Source: an uncultured archaeon (GTDB lineage: Archaea; Thermoplasmatota; Thermoplasmata; Thermoplasmatales; Thermoplasmataceae). From it: a stretch of DNA of 64,000 nt. The notes beneath the pieces were generated by a model. It saw only the letters and a program-made list of their open reading frames with translations, did not search any database and was not told where the DNA came from. The DNA lies in contig CP009479.1 of assembly GCA_000965745.1 (NCBI GenBank), positions 1,920,001 to 1,984,000 on the forward strand. Direction: 5' to 3'. The position numbers were made by a program, and so were the translations under genes. The first letter of the stretch is position 1. Each line of letters begins with the position of its first letter. Positions 20,969-30,640 of the stretch are shown here, in pieces.

Positions 20969-21895
20969 TCACCTGAATAGCTTGTCCTGCAAATAGTCCA
21001 TTGTATTCAGCTGTTCCCCTTTTGATTCAACTGTCTTCTTGGCAACATCCGGCAACCACTTCTCCATGGGGGTGAATTCGAAACCTTCACTCTCTGCCTT
21101 CTCAACCGACACTGTCCTGTCTTTTTCTGTGTGATAAGGGCTGATATTTTCTTTCCTGCCCTCTCTAGCAATAACTGCAGTTTTATTGATCGAATCCGCC
21201 ATTATCCTTACCATTTCGTTTGCATCGGCTGTTTCCCTGGAGGCAGCGTTATAATATCCCCTCTTGCCGTTCAATCCTAGCCAAGCCAGGAATCTTCCAG
21301 CATCTTCAACCCAGACGTAATTCATCTTGCCGCAGGGGTCCGGTATCACAATTTCCTTCCCTTCGAGGATCCTTCCGATGTGAAACTGCACCCTTCCGGT
21401 AACGTCGTCAGGGCCGATAACAATTGGGAACCTTGCTGCAACTGCCGGGACTGGTGAGTTTCTGAAAAGAAAGGCCTCAGCGCTCCTCTTTCCCTCGTTG
21501 TAACCGAGGCTGCCGATTCCACCCTCCTTCATGTCATACGACATTGGGTCAAAATCTGATTCCACGGTTTCCATTTTCGGGGTTTCATAAACCGACATGC
21601 TGGAAGTGTAAACATAGTGGCCAATTTTGCCGTCGAGTGCAGAAATTGTCGCTGCCATATCATCAGGTCCGAATCCCACCTGATCGAAAACGACATCATA
21701 GTAATCTCCCTGAGGCACCTTTGATTTCAGGCTGCTTTCATCAAACCTGTCCAGGACTATCGACTTCACCTTGTCCCCAAAAGGGCTTGGTGTCTTCCCC
21801 CTTGAAGCTAAGGTAACATCTGCACCTTCACCAAGAAGGGTATGCACAAGCCTCCTGCCTATGAATCCTGTTCCGCCAATAACCAGAGCTTTCAT
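20969..21895 (-). CDS. NAD-dependent epimerase/dehydratase
   Basis: GGTGFIG, YTSSMSVY, YNEGK. Confidence 0.88.
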   Translation of the reverse strand: MKALVIGGTGFIGRRLVHTLLGEGADVTLASRGKTPSPFGDKVKSIVLDRFDESSLKSKVPQGDYYDVVFDQVGFGPDDMAATISALDGKIGHYVYTSSMSVYETPKMETVESDFDPMSYDMKEGGIGSLGYNEGKRSAEAFLFRNSPVPAVAARFPIVIGPDDVTGRVQFHIGRILEGKEIVIPDPCGKMNYVWVEDAGRFLAWLGLNGKRGYYNAASRETADANEMVRIMADSINKTAVIAREGRKENISPYHTEKDRTVSVEKAESEGFEFTPMEKWLPDVAKKTVESKGEQLNTMDYLQDKLFR

Positions 21896-22024
21896 GTTTG
21901 TTCTCCCATAATACGTATCCGGTACATGGTATAAAAATCAAACTGGCCTCCAGTGCCAATGGGAGCTGTAATTCGGCTATAAGTCTCCCGGCACTCAAAA
22001 AAGTTGGTGAGGTATGAGGCCCGT

Positions 22025-22678
22025 TCAGTAGACATCCATCGCTATGACCCTTGCCATTGCTCCGCTTCCTCCCTTGATCTTAATAGGAAGCGCAGCTACA
22101 AGGTATCTCTTCCCCTCAACCAGCTGGTCAAGATTTGCAAGGTCTTCGATGAATACCATATTGTGCTTAAGCAGTGCCTTGTGGACAGCAAAATCCTCAT
22201 GGTCGTAAGGCTCTATTCCCAGTGTGTCAATCCCTATTATCCTTGGCTTTTTCTGTGAAAAGAACTCGACCGTCTCGACTGAAAGGCCGGGGAAGTCGTA
22301 TTGAAACTCCCTGGTGTAGCCTCTCTTCTTGTCCCAGCCCGTGTTTATGAGGATTATCTTTCCATTGTATTCATCTTTCCAGACTTTCCTGATGGAGTCC
22401 AGCGTGATTTCAGTTCCTGTTATTTCCGGCCTTATCACGTATCCTTCACCGACCAGGGCATCAATCCCAATCTGGTCAATTGTCTTGCCGTCCTCGAGCA
22501 TGTGTGAGGGAGTGTCTATGTGAGTTCCTGAGTGCGTTGCGGAATAATAGGTCTCAACTTTGTAGCCGTCGCGGGATACTGTGCCGATTGGTTTCACGTC
22601 AACCAGGGGATTTGTTGGCCAGATTGGCATGTATGTCTCCAGAGTTACGCTCAAATCATAAAAACCCTTTATTTCCAT
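22025..22678 (-). CDS. Cyclase family protein (kynurenine formamidase-like)
   Basis: HSGTHIDTPSH, FPGL, GIDT, GSGAMARV. Confidence 0.9.
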   Translation of the reverse strand: MEIKGFYDLSVTLETYMPIWPTNPLVDVKPIGTVSRDGYKVETYYSATHSGTHIDTPSHMLEDGKTIDQIGIDALVGEGYVIRPEITGTEITLDSIRKVWKDEYNGKIILINTGWDKKRGYTREFQYDFPGLSVETVEFFSQKKPRIIGIDTLGIEPYDHEDFAVHKALLKHNMVFIEDLANLDQLVEGKRYLVAALPIKIKGGSGAMARVIAMDVY

Positions 22679-22794
22679 GCAGATTCAATACACTTAAGCA
22701 TTATAAGTTTAGAACCAAAAATAATAGGTGCGGATAATTCAGCAGGAATAAAGAATTCAGGTATGGATATACCTATCTCCGGTGCCTTCCAAAG

Positions 22795-24171
22795 TCAGTG
22801 CATCATGAATGCAAGATAAGCATGATATGAACTCCACATGTCAACCTTGCTGACAAGTTCAAAGGGAGAGTGCATTCCAAGGACCGGTGGTCCAGCATCT
22901 ATGACGCTCATTCCATACCTGGCAAAATCCTGCGCCACAGTCCCGCCACCGCCTTCATCGACCTTGCCCAGCGTTCCGAACTGATATTTTACCTTATGCT
23001 TCTCGAATATGTTCCTCAGGTAGGCAACGAACTCAGCAGGTGCCTCCGATGACATGAACTTGCCTCCAGAACCGGTATATTTGGTTATGACGATACCTCC
23101 GCCAAGCTTGGCAGCATTGTATGTGTCATGGGCATCCTTGAAGCTCGGGTCCATCGCGGCATCGACATCCGAGCTTATGACCTTGCTTTTCCTCAGCAAT
23201 GACAGGACCTCCAGATGGTCAGCATTTCCTTTCAGCTTGTGGATAACCTGGGTAACCAGATATTCAAGAAGGTTTGATTGTGAACCGGTGGCCCCCATGC
23301 TTCCAATCTCTTCTTTATCATAAAATAGCACAAGAACAGTGTCATCGGGTTTTTCAATATCCATGAAGGCGTGGAAGCAGGCGTATGATGATGCCTTATC
23401 GTCATGGCCGTATCCACCGATCATCGATGCATCAAGGCCGGATTCCCTTGCCTTGTCTGAAGGGACGAGATAGAGGTCCGCAGAAGCGAGGTCCTCTTCC
23501 TCAATGTCGTAGCGGTCCTTGAGTATTTTGAGAACGTTATTCTTGAACTGGTCCTTTCTTGTCTGGCCCGGAATGCTTCCGAATATGGCGTTCATCTCCT
23601 CTCCCTTTATGCCCTCAAACAGTTTTCGTTCCCCCTGGACCTTGTCTGCTATGTGAGGGAGAAGGTCGGGAATGACAAAAACAGGGTCGTCAGGCTCCTC
23701 ACCAATCCTGAGCTTGATTTCCCGTCCGCCCTTGGTGTATACCCTTCCATGAAGGGCCAGGGACCTGTTTACCCACTGATATTTCTTGACCCCTCCATAA
23801 TACTGCGTCTTAAGCAGGACAGTGTTGGTCTCAACATCCTCATACACAGGCTTTGGTTTCAGATCAATTCTGGGTGAGTCTATGTGTGAGGCAATGACGA
23901 AAAGACCGTTGTCTATTCCCTTCTTTCCTATTATCCCTGCAGCTAGAGTCCTCCCCATGTGGTTTAAGTAGAACTTTGAGCCTGGCCTCAGTTTCTCTGA
24001 ATTCTCGATGTTCGAAAATTCATTTCTCTCAAGGCGCTCTATGAAATAATCAACTGCCTCGAACTCCGTTTTCACGCTGTTAAGGAAATTTATGTACCCT
24101 CTAGAAATTTCATTCAGTTTGGCCTCACTGGAATTGTCGATAAGGGACCATCCCGTCTTATGATCTGCCAT
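22795..24171 (-). CDS. M18 family aminopeptidase
   Basis: SHIDSPRID, YYGGVKKYQW, DKEEIGS, GGGGT, MHSPFE. Confidence 0.92.
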   Translation of the reverse strand: MADHKTGWSLIDNSSEAKLNEISRGYINFLNSVKTEFEAVDYFIERLERNEFSNIENSEKLRPGSKFYLNHMGRTLAAGIIGKKGIDNGLFVIASHIDSPRIDLKPKPVYEDVETNTVLLKTQYYGGVKKYQWVNRSLALHGRVYTKGGREIKLRIGEEPDDPVFVIPDLLPHIADKVQGERKLFEGIKGEEMNAIFGSIPGQTRKDQFKNNVLKILKDRYDIEEEDLASADLYLVPSDKARESGLDASMIGGYGHDDKASSYACFHAFMDIEKPDDTVLVLFYDKEEIGSMGATGSQSNLLEYLVTQVIHKLKGNADHLEVLSLLRKSKVISSDVDAAMDPSFKDAHDTYNAAKLGGGIVITKYTGSGGKFMSSEAPAEFVAYLRNIFEKHKVKYQFGTLGKVDEGGGGTVAQDFARYGMSVIDAGPPVLGMHSPFELVSKVDMWSSYHAYLAFMMH

Positions 24172-24232
24172 AATGGCGCAAAACTGAAATCATATTTAAA
24201 AGGTTTGAGTTGGGTGTATTTTAGTTTCCAAC

Positions 24233-25132
24233 TCATTTTTTGATTTCGATTGTGTGATAATACACCTTGTCACCATCTATGGGGAAAATATCCATCTCGT
24301 TCTCCTTCCAGATCACGGAGGAAGCCTCCCTGTCCTCCACAAGTTGGAAGCCGGTTCTGCCAATCAAGTCAAAAAATTTCTCCTTGATGTAGGCATCGAG
24401 GAACCCGTAATCTTCGGCAAGCTCTGCAGAAGGTGTGTCTTCCTCGAAAAACGAAGCCATCAGCAGTGCCTTTCCCCCGGGCTTCATTATCCTGTAGAGT
24501 TCAGCAACAACAAGTTCCGTATCCGTAATGTTGTTGAGACCTGCAAAAGATGTGACGTTATCCGCTACACCTTCCCTAAGGGCCATGTGCTTTATGTCGG
24601 TTGCCAGGTAAAATGCCTTTCTCATGCCCTTCTTTTCAAAGTCCCTCTTAGTGGAAAGAAGCACGTTCGGATCTATATCGGTCGCAATCACTGAAGAGTT
24701 GTTTGATCTTTTCAATACCTGTTCAAGCATCATCCCCAGGCCCGTGGCGAGATCCACTATATTTCCTGATAGATTCCCTATCTTTGGGTAAGTTATATTC
24801 CACCATTTTTCGTGCGCTTTCCTGATGTCGGGGCTTATCAGTCTCTGGTATCCTTTCATTACCTCTTGCCTGTATTTCTGGGATATGATTCTCTTGTCCC
24901 ATTTCCATTCCATGCCGGAGGTTTCACTGTCAATAAGAATGTAGACACCCTCCCTGGATGAATACTTCCTGTTGCAGAATGTGCACTGCATTTCCCCATT
25001 TATTTCGTTCCCACAGACCGGGCAGGCCAGGACTGCCCCAATCTCTACCGCTCCCATCATTTCTTTCACCAGCCATTCCATTCCTTTTTGTTCACAGTTT
25101 GTTGCAGAAAGTCGAAGTGATGTTTCGTCCAC
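24233..25132 (-). CDS. Class I SAM-dependent methyltransferase with N-terminal Zn ribbon
   Basis: CPVC..CTFC; DLATGLG motif I; RIMKPGG; start uncertain. Confidence 0.85.
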   Translation of the reverse strand: MDETSLRLSATNCEQKGMEWLVKEMMGAVEIGAVLACPVCGNEINGEMQCTFCNRKYSSREGVYILIDSETSGMEWKWDKRIISQKYRQEVMKGYQRLISPDIRKAHEKWWNITYPKIGNLSGNIVDLATGLGMMLEQVLKRSNNSSVIATDIDPNVLLSTKRDFEKKGMRKAFYLATDIKHMALREGVADNVTSFAGLNNITDTELVVAELYRIMKPGGKALLMASFFEEDTPSAELAEDYGFLDAYIKEKFFDLIGRTGFQLVEDREASSVIWKENEMDIFPIDGDKVYYHTIEIKK

Positions 25133-25344
25133 TTTGCATCAACGCCAGTTACTGCTGGCGGTAGCCTTGCGATCTAAGAAAGTTCATGTTTTTGCAGGAT
25201 TCTTAGAGCTACAGATAAAAAACTGGTGGTGGCATAAATACTATATGGCTTAAAATGGAGGGGGCCGTTTAACCACCAAGACAGTTTTTTAAACGTCTGA
25301 TAGGGAAATCCAGTAAGGTTTAATATTCACTGAAAATACAGGTA

Positions 25345-25439
25345 CAGCTAGGGGAGCCAAAAGAAACTGCTGAGAGGACAGCAAATGTTTGCTGCCGACC
25401 CTTAAACCTGATCCGGGCAATGCCGGCGAAGGGAAGCAC
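25345..25439 (+). ncRNA. TPP (THI-box) riboswitch
   Basis: GCTAGGGGAGCC...GCTGAGAGG...GACCCTT.AACCTGATCCGGGCAATGCCGGCGAAGGGAAGC matches the TPP aptamer consensus; lies directly upstream of a thiamine ABC transporter. Confidence 0.93.
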
Positions 25440-25473
25440 AGTTCTGGAGAGACTTCTCTGGCAGGAGGAAAAC

Positions 25474-26631
25474 ATGGATCCTGCAAGAGACGATAAGGCA
25501 AGAGTAAGCAAGTACAGATCTTATAGGAAGCGGGTAATTGCACTCGTAATAGCTGTAGTGGTGGTAATAGCTGGCTTTTCAGTTTACTACAGCCTGATAA
25601 GCAAGCCAACTGGAGAGAAGACGCTGACTGTTTATACATACAGCTCTTTCATGGCTTACGGCCCGAACAAGACAAAAGCGTTCAACGCTGTTTTCGGGAC
25701 TTTTGAGAAAGCCCACAATGTGAAAATTGTTGTTAAGACCCCAGGAAATGGTATCCTGCAGCAGCTCCAGGCTGAAAAGAACAACCCCCGGGCGGATATT
25801 GTGATCGGCCTCACCAACATGAATGGAGTGGTGGCCTCGTCTCAGGGCCTTCTGGTTAACTACACGCCCCCGGCCGACAGTTACATCAATTCGTCGCTTC
25901 TGAAGGATATGGGGTCTGCGGCCAGTTACATCACCCCTTACGAATATTCGTACCTGGGGATAGATTACAATAAATCCTTTGTCAACAGTACTTCATCCGC
26001 GGTGAATGGGAGCTTTATGCCATCATTCGGTGACCTTGCCGGCAGTGCCCTTGCATCCAACCTCCTTCTTGAAAATCCCACGGTTGACGACACCGGCCTC
26101 GGTTTCCTGCTGTGGCAGATAGCGTATTACAAATATGTGCTTCACGACAGCAACTGGACTGACTGGTGGAACGCTACAAAACCATACACACAGGGCCATA
26201 TCTATGACTCATGGGATACGGCCTTCAGCTATTTCGACACCGGAAACCACACAAATCTTCTTGTGAGTTACCTTACGGACCCTGCGTACAACAATTTCTT
26301 CGGCTATGGAAATTCAACCGGATCATCCGTAACATACCACAACGGCACAGCATACGGCTGGAGAACAATATACGGGACCGGAATCGTGAACGGTTCGTCA
26401 AACCTCACCCTGGACAAGGAGTTTGTGAATTATTTCCTCAGTCCCACTGTGCAGAATGAAATACCTACTAACGAGTGGATGTACCCTGCAAATTCAAGCA
26501 TTGCCCTGCCCCCCTCATTCGATGTGCTCCCCAACCAGAATAACATATATCCCTTGAACAACTATGTTACAGCGTCAGATATTGCAGCGAATATCCAGAC
26601 CTGGGAGACACAATGGCTGAATCTGCAGTGA
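25474..26631 (+). CDS. thiB: Thiamine ABC transporter substrate-binding protein
   Basis: LTVYTYSSF, EKNNPRADIVIG, TGLGFL, VSYLTDP, NEWMYP; start moved to ATG 25474 after GGAGG, since ORF-track start 25420 lies inside the riboswitch. Confidence 0.9.
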   Translation: MDPARDDKARVSKYRSYRKRVIALVIAVVVVIAGFSVYYSLISKPTGEKTLTVYTYSSFMAYGPNKTKAFNAVFGTFEKAHNVKIVVKTPGNGILQQLQAEKNNPRADIVIGLTNMNGVVASSQGLLVNYTPPADSYINSSLLKDMGSAASYITPYEYSYLGIDYNKSFVNSTSSAVNGSFMPSFGDLAGSALASNLLLENPTVDDTGLGFLLWQIAYYKYVLHDSNWTDWWNATKPYTQGHIYDSWDTAFSYFDTGNHTNLLVSYLTDPAYNNFFGYGNSTGSSVTYHNGTAYGWRTIYGTGIVNGSSNLTLDKEFVNYFLSPTVQNEIPTNEWMYPANSSIALPPSFDVLPNQNNIYPLNNYVTASDIAANIQTWETQWLNLQ

Positions 26632-28262
26632 AGATTACGAAGGGCAGAAACACCCTTAAATGGCTTCTGCTTTTCACTCCATCCATTTTTATTGCCGCGG
26701 TAGTGGTATACCCGTTCATACAGCTCCTGTACAGCAATGCTAATTTTGACTTTGCAAGTCAGATCACTGGAAGTTCCCCTGTGGCGCAACTTACAAGAAA
26801 AGCAATACAGAACTCAATTGTTCAGGGTGCTGTCAGTGCCTTGCTGTCCTTCGTTGCAGGACTTCCGGTTGGCCTTTTCCTTGGGAGGCATACATTCAGG
26901 TTCAAGCGCATGGTCAATTCAATAGTGATTATCCCCTTCTTTCTTCCATCAATACTTGTTGTTTTCGCCTTCATTTCCGGATTCGGGTCCAACTCATCCA
27001 TGGCACACATCCTACCGTTCACGGAGTCGGCTTCCTCAGGCTTTACGGGAATAATCGCAGTAAATACATTCTTCAATGCACCCCTCGTTGCATTGTTCAC
27101 CATGACTGCGGTTGAGCAAAGTGATGTAGCACTCAATGAGGCCGCCATGACCCTTGGTGCTGCAGATGTCAGAAGATTCAGGACAGTCTGGGGAAAGGAT
27201 GCGCTTCTTGCGGCCAGTGGTGCTGCACTTCTGGCATTTACCTATTCTTTCGCAGGTTTTGCAGCTCCCCTGATTATTGGGGGGCCGGGATATTTCACTC
27301 TCGACGCATGGATATACTTCATGGTCAAGACATTGAATAATCTTCAAGCAGCCATGGTGCTTGCCCTGATTGAGGCCCTTATTCTGGTTTTGCCCGCACT
27401 TTCATACATCATATTCAGTTCAAGGCAGAGAAGGGTTACGGGGAGCCAACTGAGGCTCCCGGTTCAGGATCAAAGAAAAAATGGCTACTTTTACGCCGGG
27501 GCCGCATACACTTTTTTCTGGGTTGTTGTTGAACTCTATCTTCTTTCGTCTGTTTTTGCGGCTTCACTTGAAAATTCATCCGGACAGTGGTGGCACTTTG
27601 CAAACTATATTCAGCTGTTCGGGGGGAGAACTACTTCGGCCATCGGTATTTCGGCTGCTTCCAGCATCCTCAACACTGTATTCTATGGCACCATGACGTC
27701 GCTGCTTGTAGTCACCCTTGGCCTGATGTGGATAACCGGGAGGAGGCGGCTGAACTACAAAAACCGTTTTGCCTCGGAGCCTTTGCAGTATGTTCCCCTG
27801 ATAATCTCATCTATTATCATGGCCTTCTCGGTCTCAGTGGTTTTTGGAGTTATCACCCCGGAGAGCCTCATCTGGGTGCTCATCATACTTGCCCAGACCT
27901 CTGTGGCGATTCCTGTGGTGCTAAGGGTGATCGATTCCGGTTTCTCTTCAATATCACACACGTACACTGAGGCTGCCCTTACACTCAGAGGCAATCCCTT
28001 CTTCGAAGTTGAGATGCCAATGGCCAGATCTACTTTTGCATCCGCCCTGATGTTTGCCTTTGCAATAAGCCTGGGGGAGTTCTCTGCCACTAATTTCCTG
28101 GCCACTACAAATTACGTTCCACTGACTGTTGAAATGTATCTGCTGAGAGGCGTGAGACTTTTTGGGGCTTCTTTTGCCGCAGCTTCACTGCTCCTTATTA
28201 TAAGCATTGTTTCGTTCTACTTCATCCAGAGGTTAGGTGAGAGATTTATTGGCTTTCGTTGA
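26613..28262 (+). CDS. thiP: Thiamine ABC transporter permease
   Basis: Duplicated permease with PFFLP, EAAMTLGA, EAALTL and SLGEF; probable GTG start 26628 overlapping the thiB stop. Confidence 0.88.
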   Translation: MAESAVKITKGRNTLKWLLLFTPSIFIAAVVVYPFIQLLYSNANFDFASQITGSSPVAQLTRKAIQNSIVQGAVSALLSFVAGLPVGLFLGRHTFRFKRMVNSIVIIPFFLPSILVVFAFISGFGSNSSMAHILPFTESASSGFTGIIAVNTFFNAPLVALFTMTAVEQSDVALNEAAMTLGAADVRRFRTVWGKDALLAASGAALLAFTYSFAGFAAPLIIGGPGYFTLDAWIYFMVKTLNNLQAAMVLALIEALILVLPALSYIIFSSRQRRVTGSQLRLPVQDQRKNGYFYAGAAYTFFWVVVELYLLSSVFAASLENSSGQWWHFANYIQLFGGRTTSAIGISAASSILNTVFYGTMTSLLVVTLGLMWITGRRRLNYKNRFASEPLQYVPLIISSIIMAFSVSVVFGVITPESLIWVLIILAQTSVAIPVVLRVIDSGFSSISHTYTEAALTLRGNPFFEVEMPMARSTFASALMFAFAISLGEFSATNFLATTNYVPLTVEMYLLRGVRLFGASFAAASLLLIISIVSFYFIQRLGERFIGFR

Positions 28263-29208
28263 GATCAGGAACCTGGTCAGGCACTATTCGGGAAATTTCA
28301 AGCTGTACAACATCAGTCTCGAACTTGAGAGGGGGGAAACTCTGACGTTAATGGGCCCTAGCGGATCGGGGAAAACATCACTGCTTAGAAATGTTTGTGG
28401 GCTCGACATCCCTGACTCCGGCAGAATCACTGTTGGTGGAAGGGACATAACGTACCTGCCCACGACAAAAAGGAACATCGGCCTGATTTTTCAGGACCTG
28501 GCCATCTTTCCACACATGAAGGTCTATGACAACATTGCCTATGGATTGCGTGCAAAGAACGTTCATGAAAGAGATATTGAAGATAGGGTTGAAGAATTGT
28601 CAGGCATGCTTGGTATCAAGAGCCTCCTTGAAAGATTTCCCGGCCAGATTTCAGGGGGTCAGAGGCAAAGGGTAGCACTGGCAAGGTCTGTAGCACCTTC
28701 ACCTTCCGTGCTTCTTCTCGATGAGCCCATGAGCTCCCTCGACATGCAGCTTAGAAGCAGTGTCAGGAGCGAGATAAAGTCGTTTGCAAAGAAGATGGAG
28801 CTTACGATGATTTACGTCACCCATGACCACAACGAAGGGCTCTACATGGCTGACAAGACAGGAATAATGTACGACGGTTCCATAGAAAGGATAGCCCCGC
28901 CGCAGGATCTGTTTACACACCCCGGAACTGAGAGGACTGCCAAGTTCTTCGGATATAATGTTGTGACCGCCGATGGCAGGAAAGTCGCTTTCTACCCTTC
29001 CGATTTCAAGGTCGCTGCCGAGGGCCCTGAAATGTCTGGAAAGATCGTGTCAATCGGTTTCGAAGGTGAGCACGACAGGGCTCACGTAATGATGGATAGC
29101 GGTGATCTCGTTCAACTGGAGTTTCCACCCGGAAAATACATAGGAAAGCTCGCTCCCGGAGACCGTATAGGCATCACCATTACCCGAACAGAAGACCTGA
29201 CCGGTTGA
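28237..29208 (+). CDS. thiQ: Thiamine ABC transporter ATP-binding protein
   Basis: GPSGSGKT, ISGGQRQR, LLLDEP, VTHD; operon context. Confidence 0.85.
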   Translation: MRDLLAFVEIRNLVRHYSGNFKLYNISLELERGETLTLMGPSGSGKTSLLRNVCGLDIPDSGRITVGGRDITYLPTTKRNIGLIFQDLAIFPHMKVYDNIAYGLRAKNVHERDIEDRVEELSGMLGIKSLLERFPGQISGGQRQRVALARSVAPSPSVLLLDEPMSSLDMQLRSSVRSEIKSFAKKMELTMIYVTHDHNEGLYMADKTGIMYDGSIERIAPPQDLFTHPGTERTAKFFGYNVVTADGRKVAFYPSDFKVAAEGPEMSGKIVSIGFEGEHDRAHVMMDSGDLVQLEFPPGKYIGKLAPGDRIGITITRTEDLTG

Positions 29209-29276
29209 AGGCTGGAGCATCAAGCCACTGATTCGACTCCCTGTCTGCCATATAAAACTTTTAACTGTTTGCCAGA

Positions 29277-30299
29277 TTGGAGGCGGAATGGGGGAGAATA
29301 ATGCGCGTTAAACAAGGCGGCATAATTGCAAGAAATGCAATGAACCTCGCGATACTCACTTCATTCCTGACATGGATATTACTGCCCTTCTCCAGGGATT
29401 TGGCCCTTGCTGCAACCTCCTTCGTGCTATTCACCCTGCTTCTTTTTGGCAGAAGCTTCAGGCTGTTTAACTTCAGGGTGATTAACGGCCATTTCAGAGG
29501 GGACTTTCGGGAATACATCAGAAAGAAGAGACTTGTCCCCCAGAACATTTTGCTTGGACTCTTGGCTGGCTTTTTCAGGACCCTTCTGGATGGAATTGCC
29601 TATCTTGCTGGCACAGTCGGCGGATTGGTGCTTGTTCTCGCCCTTGACCTGATTCTGGCAGCCCTTATTGTCTTAGCGTTCTTCTACAGGCCGGGAGTGA
29701 ATAGAACACTATCCCGGTCCTTTCCCGCCGACAGTGAAAGCAGCAGCTATGTGCATGAGCTTGCAGAAAACTGTGGAATGAAGGCGCCTGAACTCAGGAT
29801 CATACCTGATTCAAGGGTAAGAATGCCAAACGCATTTTCCTGGAGCATTCCTGGTGGAAAGAGCTACATCTTTGCCAGCGAGAACCTGTTCCTTGTTCTT
29901 ACAAGGGATGAGATAGGCGGAATTTTCACCCACGAACTTGGGCACATAAAGGGAAGGCACTCCGAGAAATCATTCCTTCTCACCTCTTTTGTTCCGTTGG
30001 CCTGGATCAATAGTGCAGTTCTCCCTTTTGCTCTTCTTCCTTTCCTTGTCGCCATTGGCGTTTCTGTTGCTTCCATTGTCTCCGCACTGTTGTATGTGGC
30101 TTTCCGAAGAGGTTCCATTTCCAGGAGGTTCGAAAAGCTTGCGGACATCTTCGCGGCCAGGAACTATGACAGGGATGCCTACCTGTCTTCATTAAGAAAG
30201 CTTACTGAAATAAGAGGGTCTGGTGGGCCTCACACAGCGAGGAGTTTTGCCTCCCACGATACCCTCGAAGAGAGGGAGAAACTGATCAGAAGCATCTGA
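29277..30299 (+). CDS. M48-family membrane Zn metalloprotease
   Basis: PNAF, HELGH, E..AD, SH..LEER. Confidence 0.85.
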   Translation: MEAEWGRIMRVKQGGIIARNAMNLAILTSFLTWILLPFSRDLALAATSFVLFTLLLFGRSFRLFNFRVINGHFRGDFREYIRKKRLVPQNILLGLLAGFFRTLLDGIAYLAGTVGGLVLVLALDLILAALIVLAFFYRPGVNRTLSRSFPADSESSSYVHELAENCGMKAPELRIIPDSRVRMPNAFSWSIPGGKSYIFASENLFLVLTRDEIGGIFTHELGHIKGRHSEKSFLLTSFVPLAWINSAVLPFALLPFLVAIGVSVASIVSALLYVAFRRGSISRRFEKLADIFAARNYDRDAYLSSLRKLTEIRGSGGPHTARSFASHDTLEEREKLIRSI

Positions 30300-30640
30300 A
30301 TCCATATTCTAATCTTATACTTGCCGTAGGAAGGAATCGGGAATGTGGATTGAAAAACATTGTTGCAGTTCCAATTTTATTTGGCAAGTCTTTTCCGAAT
30401 TCGTAAGAGAGCGCTCCATGAAAGTTGCGCCGATAAATGGTGCGCAGGGGGTCGCAACTCCTTTCATAAATGGAGCGGCCCATGTGTAAGCTATCGGGGA
30501 AAACAGGCAGATGCAGGATTAACCGGAATAAAAGAGAAATAGATTTTCATATAGCAACGGGGCTTGAAACTCTGATTGAAAAAAATTGGTCAGCGGAAGA
30601 CAGGTTGGAACCCGAACTTCCGGTCAGAGCCATGCAGGGC

